DNA of 64,000 nt, taken from contig CAVZDU010000001.1 of NCBI GenBank assembly GCA_963774265.1, positions 1,024,001-1,088,000 of the forward strand, read 5' to 3'. This DNA comes from an uncultured Chloroflexia bacterium (lineage in GTDB: Bacteria > Chloroflexota > Anaerolineae > CG2-30-64-16). The notes under the pieces are model-generated. The model saw only the letters and a program-made list of their open reading frames with translations. It made no database searches and had not been told where the DNA came from. Numbering within the stretch: position 1 is the first letter of the stretch; each line of letters begins with the position of its first letter. The position numbers were made by a program, and so were the translations under genes. Positions 41,435-51,094 of the stretch are shown piece by piece.

Positions 41435-42262
41435 TCACGTGTTCTCAATCCGGCCCAGCAGCCGCGCCAGCGCCGCGCGCTCGTCGGGCGTCACGTAGTC
41501 GGGCATCGCCCCATCATGATCCATGATTGCCTGGCCGAGCTTGCTCTGCGAGAGCATGCGGAGATCTTCCTCCAGGGGGTCGAGCAGGCGGTGGTCACTG
41601 ACGATCCGGCCGTCCTTCATGCGCACGATCCGCTGCGTGCTCTGGGCGACCCGGCGATCGTGCGTCACGACCACGATGGTCGTCCCCTCCTTGTGATTCA
41701 AATCGGCCAGCAGCGCCAGGATTTCCTCGCCGCTCTGGCTGTCGAGGCTGCCCGTGGGTTCGTCGGCAAGCAACAACGCCGGGTTGTTTGCCAGCGCGCG
41801 GGCGACCGCCACCCGCTGCCGCTGGCCGCCCGAGAGCTGGGGAGGCAGGCTGCCGGGCCGGTCCGCCAGGCCGACCAGCTCGAGCAGCACCTGGCCGCGC
41901 TTGCGCCGCTCGCTCGACGACGTCCGGCCTTGCATCGGCGTTTCCACGTTTTCCAGCGCCGTCAACGTGGGCAGCAGGTTGTGGAGCTGAAACACGAACC
42001 CCACGGTCCTGGCGCGGAAGTCGTCCACGTCCTTCAGGTGCGCCAGATTCTCGCCGTTCACCCACACTTCGCCGGAGGATGGTTGGTCCAACGCGCCCAG
42101 CATGTTCAGCAGCGTGCTCTTGCCACAACCGCTGGGGCCCATGATCGCGAGGAGTTCGCCGCGGTTGACGGTCAGGTTGACCCCGTCCAACGCGCGTACG
42201 GAGGCGTCGCCCAGGCCGTAGGTCTTCGTCAGATTCTTCGTGACGATCAACACATCGTCCAT
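41435..42262 (-). CDS. ABC transporter ATP-binding protein (LolD/MacB type)
   Basis: [28 protein letters not shown]. Confidence 0.96.
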   Translation of the reverse strand: MDDVLIVTKNLTKTYGLGDASVRALDGVNLTVNRGELLAIMGPSGCGKSTLLNMLGALDQPSSGEVWVNGENLAHLKDVDDFRARTVGFVFQLHNLLPTLTALENVETPMQGRTSSSERRKRGQVLLELVGLADRPGSLPPQLSGGQRQRVAVARALANNPALLLADEPTGSLDSQSGEEILALLADLNHKEGTTIVVVTHDRRVAQSTQRIVRMKDGRIVSDHRLLDPLEEDLRMLSQSKLGQAIMDHDGAMPDYVTPDERAALARLLGRIENT

Positions 42263-42263
42263 C

Positions 42264-43571
42264 TCAGTCACCCTGGATGTTCACGAAGGCTGTCATCCCC
42301 CAGCGCAACGCGGGGTCAAGGCCGGTGACCGTGACGATGACGGTGTAGTTCGTGCTGCCCTTCTCGGCCGAACTCATGGGCGCAACTCGGCCAATCGTGC
42401 CCCCAAACGTCTTCCCCGGCAGCGCATCAAAGGTGACCTCGACGGGCATCCCGACTTCCAGTTTCGCCACATCCGTCTCACGCAGATCCGTCGTTTCCAC
42501 TTGCATGTCGGATGTATCGCCGATGATCAGCGAGGACTGGCCCGCGACGGCAAGCTCGCCCGGACGGACGTAGACCGCGCCAATTTCACCTCCAAAGGGG
42601 GCGACCACCTGTGCCTGGGCCAGTTGCGCCTGAGTGACGTGGAGCGCGGCCTCTGCAGATTTCACTCGTGCATCGGCGATGGCGCGGTCCTCGACCGTCG
42701 CGCCGGCCTGCAGCCGGTCCATCGCGGCCCTGGCTCGCGCGATTTGGGCCTGTGCGGATGTCACCGCAGCTTCCGCCGCGGGCGTCTGCCCTTGAGCGAT
42801 GTTGACCTGGGCCTTCGCAGCCTCCACCTGGGCGCGCACCACGGCAAGCTGTTGAGGTGTGGCGCCCTGCACCGCCAGATCGTAGGCAGCCTGCGCCGAA
42901 GTCAGGGCCAGTGTGCTCTGCTCGAGAGCCAGCGCCTCGGGCCGCGCCGCGATGTGCGGATCGCCCTTCGCCGCATCGTAGGCGGCTTGCGCCTGCTTGA
43001 GCGCGGCCTGCGCCTGGGCGAGCTGTGCCTCCGCGGCCTGGCGGCTAGCCGCGGCCGGGGGACTGGCGAGCTCCCGGTATTGCGCTTCGACCACCGCGAC
43101 TTGCGCCTGGGCCGCGGCTACACCGTCGCGCGTTTGTTGCAGGGCTGCTTGGGCCTGGGCCAATGCCCCATCCGCGGCCGCGATCTCGGCCGTGGCCGCC
43201 GCGATCTCCTCCGGCGTGGCACCTGCGAGGAGTTTCGCGCGTGCCGCCTCAGCCTCCGCAAGCGCGGCCTCTGCCGTTTCCACCTGGCCCAGCAGCACGC
43301 CGTTGTCCAGTTCGACCAGCAGGTCCCCGGGCTCGACCCGGTCGCCCTCGACCACATGCACCGTTTTGACCGTGCCCGCACTCATGGGGCTCACCGCGGC
43401 CCATCGCACCGGGACCAGCTTGCCCGACGCCCAGATCACGTTGTCCTGGAGTGTCTCGGTTTCTTTCTGAACGGGCGTGGGGGCATTGCGCGACTGGTAG
43501 GCGCGATACGCGAAGTAGCCGCCCGCGAGGACGACGACGATAACAGCTACGATGATCCAGGTGCGCTTCAT
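42264..43571 (-). CDS. Periplasmic adaptor/membrane fusion protein (HlyD/MacA family)
   Basis: N-terminal TM, lipoyl halves (VEGDRVEPGDLL; APFGGEI), long Ala/Gln coiled coil, LRWGMTA. Confidence 0.92.
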   Translation of the reverse strand: MKRTWIIVAVIVVVLAGGYFAYRAYQSRNAPTPVQKETETLQDNVIWASGKLVPVRWAAVSPMSAGTVKTVHVVEGDRVEPGDLLVELDNGVLLGQVETAEAALAEAEAARAKLLAGATPEEIAAATAEIAAADGALAQAQAALQQTRDGVAAAQAQVAVVEAQYRELASPPAAASRQAAEAQLAQAQAALKQAQAAYDAAKGDPHIAARPEALALEQSTLALTSAQAAYDLAVQGATPQQLAVVRAQVEAAKAQVNIAQGQTPAAEAAVTSAQAQIARARAAMDRLQAGATVEDRAIADARVKSAEAALHVTQAQLAQAQVVAPFGGEIGAVYVRPGELAVAGQSSLIIGDTSDMQVETTDLRETDVAKLEVGMPVEVTFDALPGKTFGGTIGRVAPMSSAEKGSTNYTVIVTVTGLDPALRWGMTAFVNIQGD

Positions 43572-43588
43572 CCAGAACCTCCTACCCG

Positions 43589-45832
43589 TCACTCATACCG
43601 CAGCGCTTCCACCGGCTGGAGCCGGCTGGCGCGCCACGCGGGGTACAGGCCCGCGATCAGGCCGACAACCAAGGCCATGAGCACGGCCCGCACGAAGATG
43701 CCCGCGTCCCACGAGGGCGCCAAGAGCGCTCCGACGGTTGGCTCCAGAACTAAGAGCTCCATTAGGGCCACGCCCATGACCGCGCCCATCACGCTCGCCA
43801 GGAGGCACAGCAGCAACCCTTCCTGGAGAACCTGGTTGAGGATGCGCCGCTTGGGCCAGCCCAGGGCGCGCAGTACACCGATCTCCCGGGTGCGCTCGTA
43901 GATTGACATCATCATCGTGTTGGCGACCACGATGCCGCCAACCAGCAATGCGAGCAGGCCGATCGCGGCCGTCATGGCGTCGAGTTGGGCCATGGAATCA
44001 GTGTCCTGTGCAAAGTTGCTGCTGAGGCTCACCTGCGCATCGGGGTATCGTCGCGCCATCGCCGCGCGCAGCGGCTCGGCCTGGGCCGGGTTGGTCGCAT
44101 CCACGAAGATGAAGCTGACTTGCCGCGGCCGGTTCAGCAGGCGCTGCGCTTCTTTGAGTGCGAGCATGGCGCTGCCATCCTCGTAGGCGATGCCGGTCTG
44201 CACGATGCCCACGACACGATAGCGGTTGTCGTAGAGGGTGAACCAGTCTCCGATCCCCACTTTATAGTTGGTCGCGACGATCTTGCCCAGCACCACCTCG
44301 TTCGGCCGCTGGACATATCTGCCCTCGACCAGTTTGTAGTGTTTCATCGCGCTGCTGTTGGGATCCAGCCCGCCGATCATCAGGAACGGCATCTCCGGCG
44401 TCATCTCGAAGCCGAGCAGCATCGGGCTCGCGGACTTCACCCCGGGCATCGCACGAATCTGGTTAACCATTTGCTCATCGAGGGTCGACAGGCTCAGGTC
44501 GGCCACCTTGGCCTGCATCAACGAGAGCTGGCCCGGCTCGCCGCTGCCTGCCAACATATTGAGCTGGTCGATCACGCCCTTCGACATGCCGCCCAACATG
44601 ACGAGGGTCGCCACACCGATGCCGATGCCCGTGGCAGAGATCAGCGTGCGCGACCGGCGGCGCCAGAGGTTGCGAATGGGCAGCCCGACGCCGGGCAGGC
44701 GACTGAGGAATGCCTGGCTGGCGGCGGGTCGGTCCGCCGCGCCCCCTTCGTAACGCAGCGCCTCGACGGGCTGCAGGTTGGCCGCGCGCCAGGCGGGGTA
44801 GGCGCCACCGAACAGGCCGAGCAGCACGGCGGTCAGCAGGCCCTGAACGAAGATATCGACCGAGTAGACGCCCTCCAGGAAGCCGCCGATGCCTTGCACA
44901 TTGCCGGCCATTTCGGTGAGCGCCACGCCCAGTCCCGCGCCGAGCACGCCCCCGATCAGGCTCAGCACGAGCGCCTCGCCAAGAATCAGGCGGATGATGC
45001 GGCCGCGCCGCCAGCCGAGCGCGCGCAGGACGCCAATCTCCCGCGTGCGCTCCATCACGGACATCACCATCGTGTTCATCATGCCAAGCCCGCCGACTAC
45101 GATGGCGATTCCTGCGATGCCCAGTGCGAACCCTTCGATCATGCCGGCCCACTGCTCGGTGGCGTCGTAGTCGCTCGCCACCGAGGCGCTCAGGTCTTCG
45201 TCGGTGGCCTGGATGCGCGCGACGACCTGGTCCATATCGGTCCCGCGCTGCACGCCCACCTGGAACAGGCTCACCTGCCGCGGCTTCTGGCTGATCTCCT
45301 GGGCGTCGGCCAGAGTCACGAGCCCGCCCGATTCCTCCATGGCCTGGCCGGTCTCGTAGATGCCTACGATCCGGTACGGCACACCATACAGGCGGACCGT
45401 ATCCTCGATGCCCTTCTTGAGAGACTCCACCGCGCGGCGGCCCATCGCGACCTGCTTTGGCCCCGTGACAGGCTTGCCCTCGACGATGCGGTAGTGACTG
45501 GCCGCTTGACTGCCGGGCTCATAACCAAAGATGAGGAAGAAGGGCATCTCTTCCGTGGCGATCCAGGCGTAGACACCGGGCTCGACCGACGCAACGCCCG
45601 GGATCGCCTCGATGCGTCGCGCGGCGTCTTCGTCCAGACTGGAAAACAGGGGATCAAACGCGTTGGCCTGGATCACCAGCAGATCATTGTCCACGGCGAT
45701 ACTGGTCGCATAGTTCATTGTCATGCCCCGGGCCATGGCGCCCAGCGCGACCACAGCGGCCACGCCAATGGCAATGCCCAGGATGGTTAAGAGGCTGCGA
45801 GTGCGCCGTCGCCACAAAGTCTTCAGGATCAT
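43589..45832 (-). CDS. ABC transporter permease (tandem MacB/FtsX modules)
   Basis: Two copies each of ERTREIGVLRALGW and PAWRAxxLQPVEALRYE. Confidence 0.94.
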   Translation of the reverse strand: MILKTLWRRRTRSLLTILGIAIGVAAVVALGAMARGMTMNYATSIAVDNDLLVIQANAFDPLFSSLDEDAARRIEAIPGVASVEPGVYAWIATEEMPFFLIFGYEPGSQAASHYRIVEGKPVTGPKQVAMGRRAVESLKKGIEDTVRLYGVPYRIVGIYETGQAMEESGGLVTLADAQEISQKPRQVSLFQVGVQRGTDMDQVVARIQATDEDLSASVASDYDATEQWAGMIEGFALGIAGIAIVVGGLGMMNTMVMSVMERTREIGVLRALGWRRGRIIRLILGEALVLSLIGGVLGAGLGVALTEMAGNVQGIGGFLEGVYSVDIFVQGLLTAVLLGLFGGAYPAWRAANLQPVEALRYEGGAADRPAASQAFLSRLPGVGLPIRNLWRRRSRTLISATGIGIGVATLVMLGGMSKGVIDQLNMLAGSGEPGQLSLMQAKVADLSLSTLDEQMVNQIRAMPGVKSASPMLLGFEMTPEMPFLMIGGLDPNSSAMKHYKLVEGRYVQRPNEVVLGKIVATNYKVGIGDWFTLYDNRYRVVGIVQTGIAYEDGSAMLALKEAQRLLNRPRQVSFIFVDATNPAQAEPLRAAMARRYPDAQVSLSSNFAQDTDSMAQLDAMTAAIGLLALLVGGIVVANTMMMSIYERTREIGVLRALGWPKRRILNQVLQEGLLLCLLASVMGAVMGVALMELLVLEPTVGALLAPSWDAGIFVRAVLMALVVGLIAGLYPAWRASRLQPVEALRYE

Positions 45833-46095
45833 CGTCTTTTATCCAGTCTAAACAACTAATATCCTGTTTTGGGCATTCAGTCAATAGCGACACGCCCCAA
45901 GTGCCTGCCACGCGCGCAGATTCATCGAATTTGCGTTTCCGGAAGTAGTATGGTACAAGCAGAATAATTGATAACCATCCGTCGACGATACGACTCAGGT
46001 AGAAGCTCCCACAAGCACCAGCCCTGTTAGTTCTCGCACCGTCGGATAGATCAAGAGGCAAATCTTTTCACCCAACAGGAGTTAGTGAGACTAAC

Positions 46096-46534
46096 ATGGC
46101 AGATCAAACCCTTACTTGCACGGATTGCGGCGCGCGAATTCACGTTCACCGAGAGCGAGCAGGAATTCTATCAGTCCAAGGGCTTCAGCACCCCTGGACG
46201 TTGTCCGTCGTGCCGCGCGGCCCGCAAGGCTGCACGCAACAGCGGTGGTGGCTATGGTGGGAGCAGTTATGGCAGCGGTGGTGGTTACGGTGGCGAACGC
46301 CAGATGTACCCGGCCGTTTGCGCACAGTGTGGCAAGCAAACCGAAGTTCCGTTCCAGCCCCGTGGCGATCGCCCGGTGTACTGCTCGGACTGCTTCCGCA
46401 GCCAGGGTGGCGGCGGCGGTGGTTATGGTGGCGGTGGCCGCTCCGGCGGCGGCCGCTCGAGCGGTGGTGGTTACGGTGGTGGTGGCGGCGGCCGCTCCAG
46501 CGGTGGTCGTTCCGATCGCGGTGGGCGCTACTAA
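46096..46534 (+). CDS. Zinc-ribbon / CxxC-x17-CxxC protein with Gly-rich tail (frameshift near 46135)
   Basis: MADQTLTCTDCG then, after a 1-bp shift, EFTFTESEQEFY...RCPSCR, CAQCG...PVYCSDCF and GGY repeats; AGGAG RBS. Confidence 0.88.
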
Positions 46535-46566
46535 TTAGCGTCTCCACTCAGATTACTGAGTAACCG

Positions 46567-46600
46567 AAACCAGGTTCCCGTACGGGAACCTGGTTTTTCT
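46567..46600 (+). terminator. Intrinsic terminator
   Basis: AAACCAGGTTCCCG-TA-CGGGAACCTGGTTT followed by TTCT. Confidence 0.8.
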
Positions 46601-46732
46601 ATCTATCGGCCGCGGGACCGGAACTGCCACGCAGATTCCAGACACAGAGTCGCACCCGGTGTACACTTATCCTGACTTTTTACCTGCCGCCTGTAGCGGG
46701 CGGTTCGACCTGTCAGGAAGGAGTATGGATAC

Positions 46733-47161
46733 ATGCCTGTTCGCAATGCGCAAGCGGTTTGGGAAGGTGATTTATTGAAGGGCCGCGGCCGGATGTCTTT
46801 CGGCAGCGGTGCGTTTGAGGGCCAATATTCGTTTTCTTCTCGTTTTGAGGAAGGTGTTGGCACCAACCCCGAGGAGCTGATTGCCGCGGCGCATGCCGGC
46901 TGCTTCTCGATGGCATTTTCCAACGAGCTGGCCAAGGCCGGCTTCACGCCGACGCGCGTCGAGACCACCGCCAAGGTGAGGCTCCTCAAGGGCGCTACAG
47001 GCTTCAAGATCACCCGCATCGACCTGGCGACCCTGGGCGAGGTCCCGAACATCTCGGAAGAACAGTTCAGGGAGATCGCGGAGGGCGCCAAAATTGGTTG
47101 TCCCGTGTCGCAATTGCTGACCGGCGCAGAGATCTTCCTCACGGCGACGCTCAAGAAGTAA
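46733..47161 (+). CDS. osmC: OsmC family peroxiredoxin
   Basis: GTNPEELIAAAHAGCFSMA and second Cys in GCPVS. Confidence 0.95.
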   Translation: MPVRNAQAVWEGDLLKGRGRMSFGSGAFEGQYSFSSRFEEGVGTNPEELIAAAHAGCFSMAFSNELAKAGFTPTRVETTAKVRLLKGATGFKITRIDLATLGEVPNISEEQFREIAEGAKIGCPVSQLLTGAEIFLTATLKK

Positions 47162-47203
47162 AGCGCTGAGCGCGAATCGGTTGGCGTCTATTGGCGGCGA
47201 GGC

Positions 47204-47235
47204 CAGGCTCCCCTCCACGGGGAGCCTGTTTCTTT
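47204..47235 (+). terminator. Intrinsic terminator
   Basis: CAGGCTCCCC-TCCAC-GGGGAGCCTG followed by TTTCTTT. Confidence 0.8.
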
Positions 47236-47253
47236 GCAAGGATATCGCACATA

Positions 47254-48387
47254 GTGAGACTACGAGTTCTAACCTTCAACACCTGGGGTGTGCCGTTCTT
47301 TTCCAGGGACCGTGCTGCGCGGATGCGCGCGATCGGTCGCGCGCTGGCCCGCATGGATGTGGATGTGGTGGGCCTGCAAGAGGTTTTCTACGAGAAGGAT
47401 CGCCGGCTGGTCGCCCGCGCGGCAGCAGAAGGCGGCCTGGTACACAGTCACTACTTCCAGTCGGGCCTGGTGGGAAGTGGCCTGTTCACCCTTTCACGCT
47501 ATCCGATCGGCGAGACGAGTTTCCTCCGCTTTCAGCTCAACGGACGGCCCCAGGATCTCATCCGCAGCGACTACTACGCGGGCAAGGGCGTGGGTCGAGT
47601 CCGAGTTCTGACGCCAGAAGGTCCGGTGGATGTCTACAATGCCCACTTTGTGGCGCCCTATCTCGAACTTGGCCCGGATCGCTTTGCCGCGCACCGGGTA
47701 GCCCAGGCCCTCGAAGCGAGCCGTCACATGCGGGCGACGTCCGGTCCAATCCCTGCGGTCCTCACCTGTGACTTGAACTGCTATCCCGACGATCTGACAT
47801 ACCAAACGATTGTCGGTTCGGCCGGGCTGGTGGAAACTTACAGCGCGTCGCATCCCGAGGGCGGCGAGGACGCGGTCACCGATCGGAACGGCTACGCAAC
47901 CATCCACCCGCCCGCACGGTTTGACTACATTTTTGCGCGCTCAGGAACGGCGGGGACCTTGAGCGTTGCTCACTCACGTTTTGTTCTGGGCGGCGCGCCA
48001 GATCCCAACCCTGATGGCGTGGCTGGCTACTCGGATCATTACGGTGTCCTCACTGAATTCGAGCTGGCGTCTGGGCCTGAGGCTGCTTTGACCGAATCGG
48101 CGACCGAGCCGGCGCTGTGGTCATCGATCGGCGATTTCCTGGGGCTGGGCATCCATCGCAACCGCACCCAAAGGCGCAGGGCGAGTCTTGCGGCCGCGGC
48201 CGCAAGCGTCACCTCTGCTGCACTCCTGAGGTCCGGAAAAGCTCGGCCCGCGGGGTCCGGCGCACGCGTGTTGGTGACCGCGCTGCTGGCAGGCCTGCTT
48301 GTGGCGGGCGGCGTGAATCTGTCTACCGCGGCACGGCTTAATTCGGAAACGAATACGCTTGCGACGCTTCTGGCCGGAAATTCGTAA
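47254..48387 (+). CDS. Endonuclease/exonuclease/phosphatase superfamily, neutral sphingomyelinase-like
   Basis: LTFNTWG, LQEV, GSGL, DYYAGKG, NAH, CDLN, RFDYIF, YSDHYGV, and a hydrophobic C-terminus. Confidence 0.85.
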   Translation: MRLRVLTFNTWGVPFFSRDRAARMRAIGRALARMDVDVVGLQEVFYEKDRRLVARAAAEGGLVHSHYFQSGLVGSGLFTLSRYPIGETSFLRFQLNGRPQDLIRSDYYAGKGVGRVRVLTPEGPVDVYNAHFVAPYLELGPDRFAAHRVAQALEASRHMRATSGPIPAVLTCDLNCYPDDLTYQTIVGSAGLVETYSASHPEGGEDAVTDRNGYATIHPPARFDYIFARSGTAGTLSVAHSRFVLGGAPDPNPDGVAGYSDHYGVLTEFELASGPEAALTESATEPALWSSIGDFLGLGIHRNRTQRRRASLAAAAASVTSAALLRSGKARPAGSGARVLVTALLAGLLVAGGVNLSTAARLNSETNTLATLLAGNS

Positions 48388-48421
48388 GGGGCAATCCCTG
48401 GAGACCGGAGATTGATACGCT

Positions 48422-48955
48422 ATGGACCTGGCCCAAGACCTCGCGCGCATAGCCTTACAAGAAGAGCGGTTGCAGTTTCAGAGTTTTGACGCCACGACTG
48501 CTTGGGTTATCGGCACCCGGTTGCGGGAGGTTGCCGCAGCTCGTGGCGCGGCAGTGGCGATCGACATCCAACTGACTGGGCACCCGTTGTTCTTTGCGGC
48601 GATGCCGGGCATTGCGATGCCGGGCATTGCCATGCCGGGCACGACCCCAAACAACATCGACTGGATACGCCGCAAACGCAATGTCGTGCTGCGGTTTCAC
48701 CGAAGTTCGTATGCGGTGGGCCTGGAGCTGCAACAGCAGCAAAAGACTCTGACGGAAACGTTAGGCGTGGAGTCGCGTGATTACGCTCCACATGGCGGTT
48801 GTTTCCCGATCAATCTCCGCGGGACCGGGTGTGTGGGCACGATAACGGTGTCTGGTTTGCCGCAACGCGACGATCATGAATTGGTCGTTGAGGTCCTGGC
48901 GGAGTTCCTCGGTCAGCCATTAGGGGAATTGGCGTTGGATACCTCACCGCGCTGA
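48422..48955 (+). CDS. Haem-degrading/GlcG-like (UPF0303) protein
   Basis: DWIRRKRNVV, HGGCFPI, TVSGLPQRDDH. Confidence 0.88.
   Translation: MDLAQDLARIALQEERLQFQSFDATTAWVIGTRLREVAAARGAAVAIDIQLTGHPLFFAAMPGIAMPGIAMPGTTPNNIDWIRRKRNVVLRFHRSSYAVGLELQQQQKTLTETLGVESRDYAPHGGCFPINLRGTGCVGTITVSGLPQRDDHELVVEVLAEFLGQPLGELALDTSPR
48599..48643 (+). repeat. 15-bp in-frame tandem repeat, 3 copies
   Basis: GCGATGCCGGGCATT GCGATGCCGGGCATT GCCATGCCGGGCACG, encoding AMPGI AMPGI AMPGT. Confidence 0.9.
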
Positions 48956-48994
48956 TAACGGAACGGCGCATCCTCGATTGAGGAGGTGGCAGCT

Positions 48995-49975
48995 ATGGCT
49001 CAGAGCGGAACGCCCGACAGGCGCTCGGGCGCCTTCGGCAGTGAATTCGACAGGCCTGGCAATCTGCCGGCTGCAGGAGAGCGCCAAGACGGAGACACGC
49101 CAGGCCGGGTGACCCTGCGTGACGGTCGCGGCCTCGCCTATGCCGAGTATGGGGACCCCAAGGGTATTCCTGTACTCTTTTTCCATGGCCTGCCGAGCTG
49201 CAGGTTGATGCACCCCGATGCGGAGCTGTCGCGTGCGCTCGGTGTGCGGTTGCTCACAGTAGATCGCCCCGGCTTCGGTCGCTCGGATCAGAAACCTGGG
49301 CGCACACTGCTTGACTGGACAGACGACGTCGCTAACTTCGCTGACAGCCTTGGGCTCCACCAATTTATGGTCGTCGGCCCTTCGGGTGGGGGACCCTTTG
49401 TCGCTGCCTGTGCCTACAAGCTACCTTCGCGAATCACGCGTGCGGCCATTGTGGGCAGCTCAGGACCGGTGGACGGCCCCGGAGCGCTTGTGGGCATGGC
49501 GCCTGAGCGCCGTATCGGATACTGGCTCGCGCGACACACGCCGGCGCTCTTGCCGCTGGTAGTTCGGTGGCGCGGGGATCCGAGGCGCGACCCCGAGAAG
49601 TTTTTCGCCAATTACACCCGCCATAATCCAGAATCTGACCAGGAACTGCTGGCGCGGCCCGAGGTGCGGCAGATGTTTCTGGCAAGCTACAGTGAGGCAA
49701 CCCGCCAGGGGATTGACGCATTTGCCTATGAGCTGGTGCTTGTATCAGGCCCCTGGGGATTTCGACTGGAGGAAATTCGGGTGCAGACGACCATCTGGCA
49801 GGGAGAAGCTGATAACAGCACCCCTATCGGCATGGCGAGAGCGATGGCTGAGGCGATACCGCATGCATCGCTTCGCGTTTTGCCCGGAGAGGGGCATCTG
49901 ATCTTCCTGTCGCGCTGGAAGGAGATCGTCGAAGACCTCCTGGCGCCCGGCGTGCCGCCAACGGGCGCCATCTGA
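48995..49975 (+). CDS. Alpha/beta hydrolase
   Basis: DGRGLAYAEYGDPKG, FHGLP, DRPGFGRS, GPSGGG nucleophile elbow, GEGH. Confidence 0.93.
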   Translation: MAQSGTPDRRSGAFGSEFDRPGNLPAAGERQDGDTPGRVTLRDGRGLAYAEYGDPKGIPVLFFHGLPSCRLMHPDAELSRALGVRLLTVDRPGFGRSDQKPGRTLLDWTDDVANFADSLGLHQFMVVGPSGGGPFVAACAYKLPSRITRAAIVGSSGPVDGPGALVGMAPERRIGYWLARHTPALLPLVVRWRGDPRRDPEKFFANYTRHNPESDQELLARPEVRQMFLASYSEATRQGIDAFAYELVLVSGPWGFRLEEIRVQTTIWQGEADNSTPIGMARAMAEAIPHASLRVLPGEGHLIFLSRWKEIVEDLLAPGVPPTGAI

Positions 49976-50020
49976 ACCGCGCTGCGATGGGCGGACCGTT
50001 TCCTCAACGATCCAACAATA

Positions 50021-51094
50021 CTAGGCCGCCACCTCCACATCGTCGCCGTTCACGCGTACTGGGAAAGACGCGACCGCTTCTTCGGCCGGCCCCGCCAGCA
50101 CCGCGCCCGTGGTCACGTCGAAGATGGCGCCGTGCATCGGACAGGTGAGTTCCTTGCCGGCCAGATCGCCCTCAGACAACATGGCGCTCCTGTGCGGGCA
50201 CTCGTCGGCGACGGCATAAAGAGCGCCGTCAACATTGCACAAGACGATGGGGCGACCGTTCGCCTGGACCGCGAGCATTCGCCCGGGCTTCACTGCACTC
50301 GCCGACGCCACCTTCACATACCGCGGGCCCACTGTCGCAGATTGCGGCTGAGCCTGACGAGGCCGCGCTTCGTAGCCCGAGAATTCCTCCGCGATGACCC
50401 GGCCGGGGTCCACACCCGCGGCGAGCACGGCCTGAGTCACTGCTGCGACGAGGCCGGGCGGCCCCGCGACATAGAAAGTAGACCCGCTGAGATCATCTAC
50501 ATGGTCGCGCAAGAACGCAACGTCGACCGTCCGCCGCTCACCGGTCCAGCTCTGGCGCGAAGCCTCGGCCTGACTCATGGTCGGCACGTACTTGAGGCCG
50601 GCGTACTCTTTGGCTAGACGTGCAAATTCAGCGTGGAAGGCGGCGCCCTCAGGGGTGCGGTTGGCATAAATCAGCGTGATGCTGTGTGAAAGGCGACGGC
50701 TCGCCGCATCGAGGACCATGCTGCGGAACGGCGTGATGCCGATGCCGCCCGCAACGAAGACAACCGGCCGGCCGCCGCTCGCAGAGAGCGTAAACGATCC
50801 GGCAGGGCCGAAGATCTGGAGCGGCGTCCCGAGCGGGGCATCGGCCAGGCTGCGCTTGAGCGCGCTCCCCGTCATGCGAGTGGCGACCAACAGATGGCCT
50901 GTCTCCTGGGGTGGCGACGCGACCGAGAAAGTGCGGACGTTGCCCTTCTCATCATTGTACAAGGGGTCGGGCAGGGTCAGCGTCTGATATTGGCCGGCGA
51001 CGAAATCAAAGCCTGCAGGCCGCTCCAGGGCAAAGGCCATCGTGCCCTCAGCGACTTCCGTTCGGTTAAGGAGCTTACTTGCAAATCTTGGCAT
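50021..51094 (-). CDS. FNR-type FAD/NAD(P)H reductase fused to a C-terminal Rieske ferredoxin
   Basis: RTFSVAS, AGGIGITPF, AGPPG, EEFSGY, then CPH...CPMH Rieske ligands. Confidence 0.9.
   Translation of the reverse strand: MPRFASKLLNRTEVAEGTMAFALERPAGFDFVAGQYQTLTLPDPLYNDEKGNVRTFSVASPPQETGHLLVATRMTGSALKRSLADAPLGTPLQIFGPAGSFTLSASGGRPVVFVAGGIGITPFRSMVLDAASRRLSHSITLIYANRTPEGAAFHAEFARLAKEYAGLKYVPTMSQAEASRQSWTGERRTVDVAFLRDHVDDLSGSTFYVAGPPGLVAAVTQAVLAAGVDPGRVIAEEFSGYEARPRQAQPQSATVGPRYVKVASASAVKPGRMLAVQANGRPIVLCNVDGALYAVADECPHRSAMLSEGDLAGKELTCPMHGAIFDVTTGAVLAGPAEEAVASFPVRVNGDDVEVAA

Noticed and set aside
42240-45790. Long plus-strand ORFs (553 aa and 601 aa) and similar ones such as 66..926, 3986..5212 and 25891..27201
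   Set aside because: They are antisense shadows of GC3-rich genes on the opposite strand and have no recognisable motifs.
43589-45832. Internal duplication in the ABC permease
   Set aside because: Tandem MacB/FtsX modules are a common architecture.
46240-46530. GGT/GGC-rich repeats
   Set aside because: They are explained by the Gly-rich segments of the zinc-ribbon protein.
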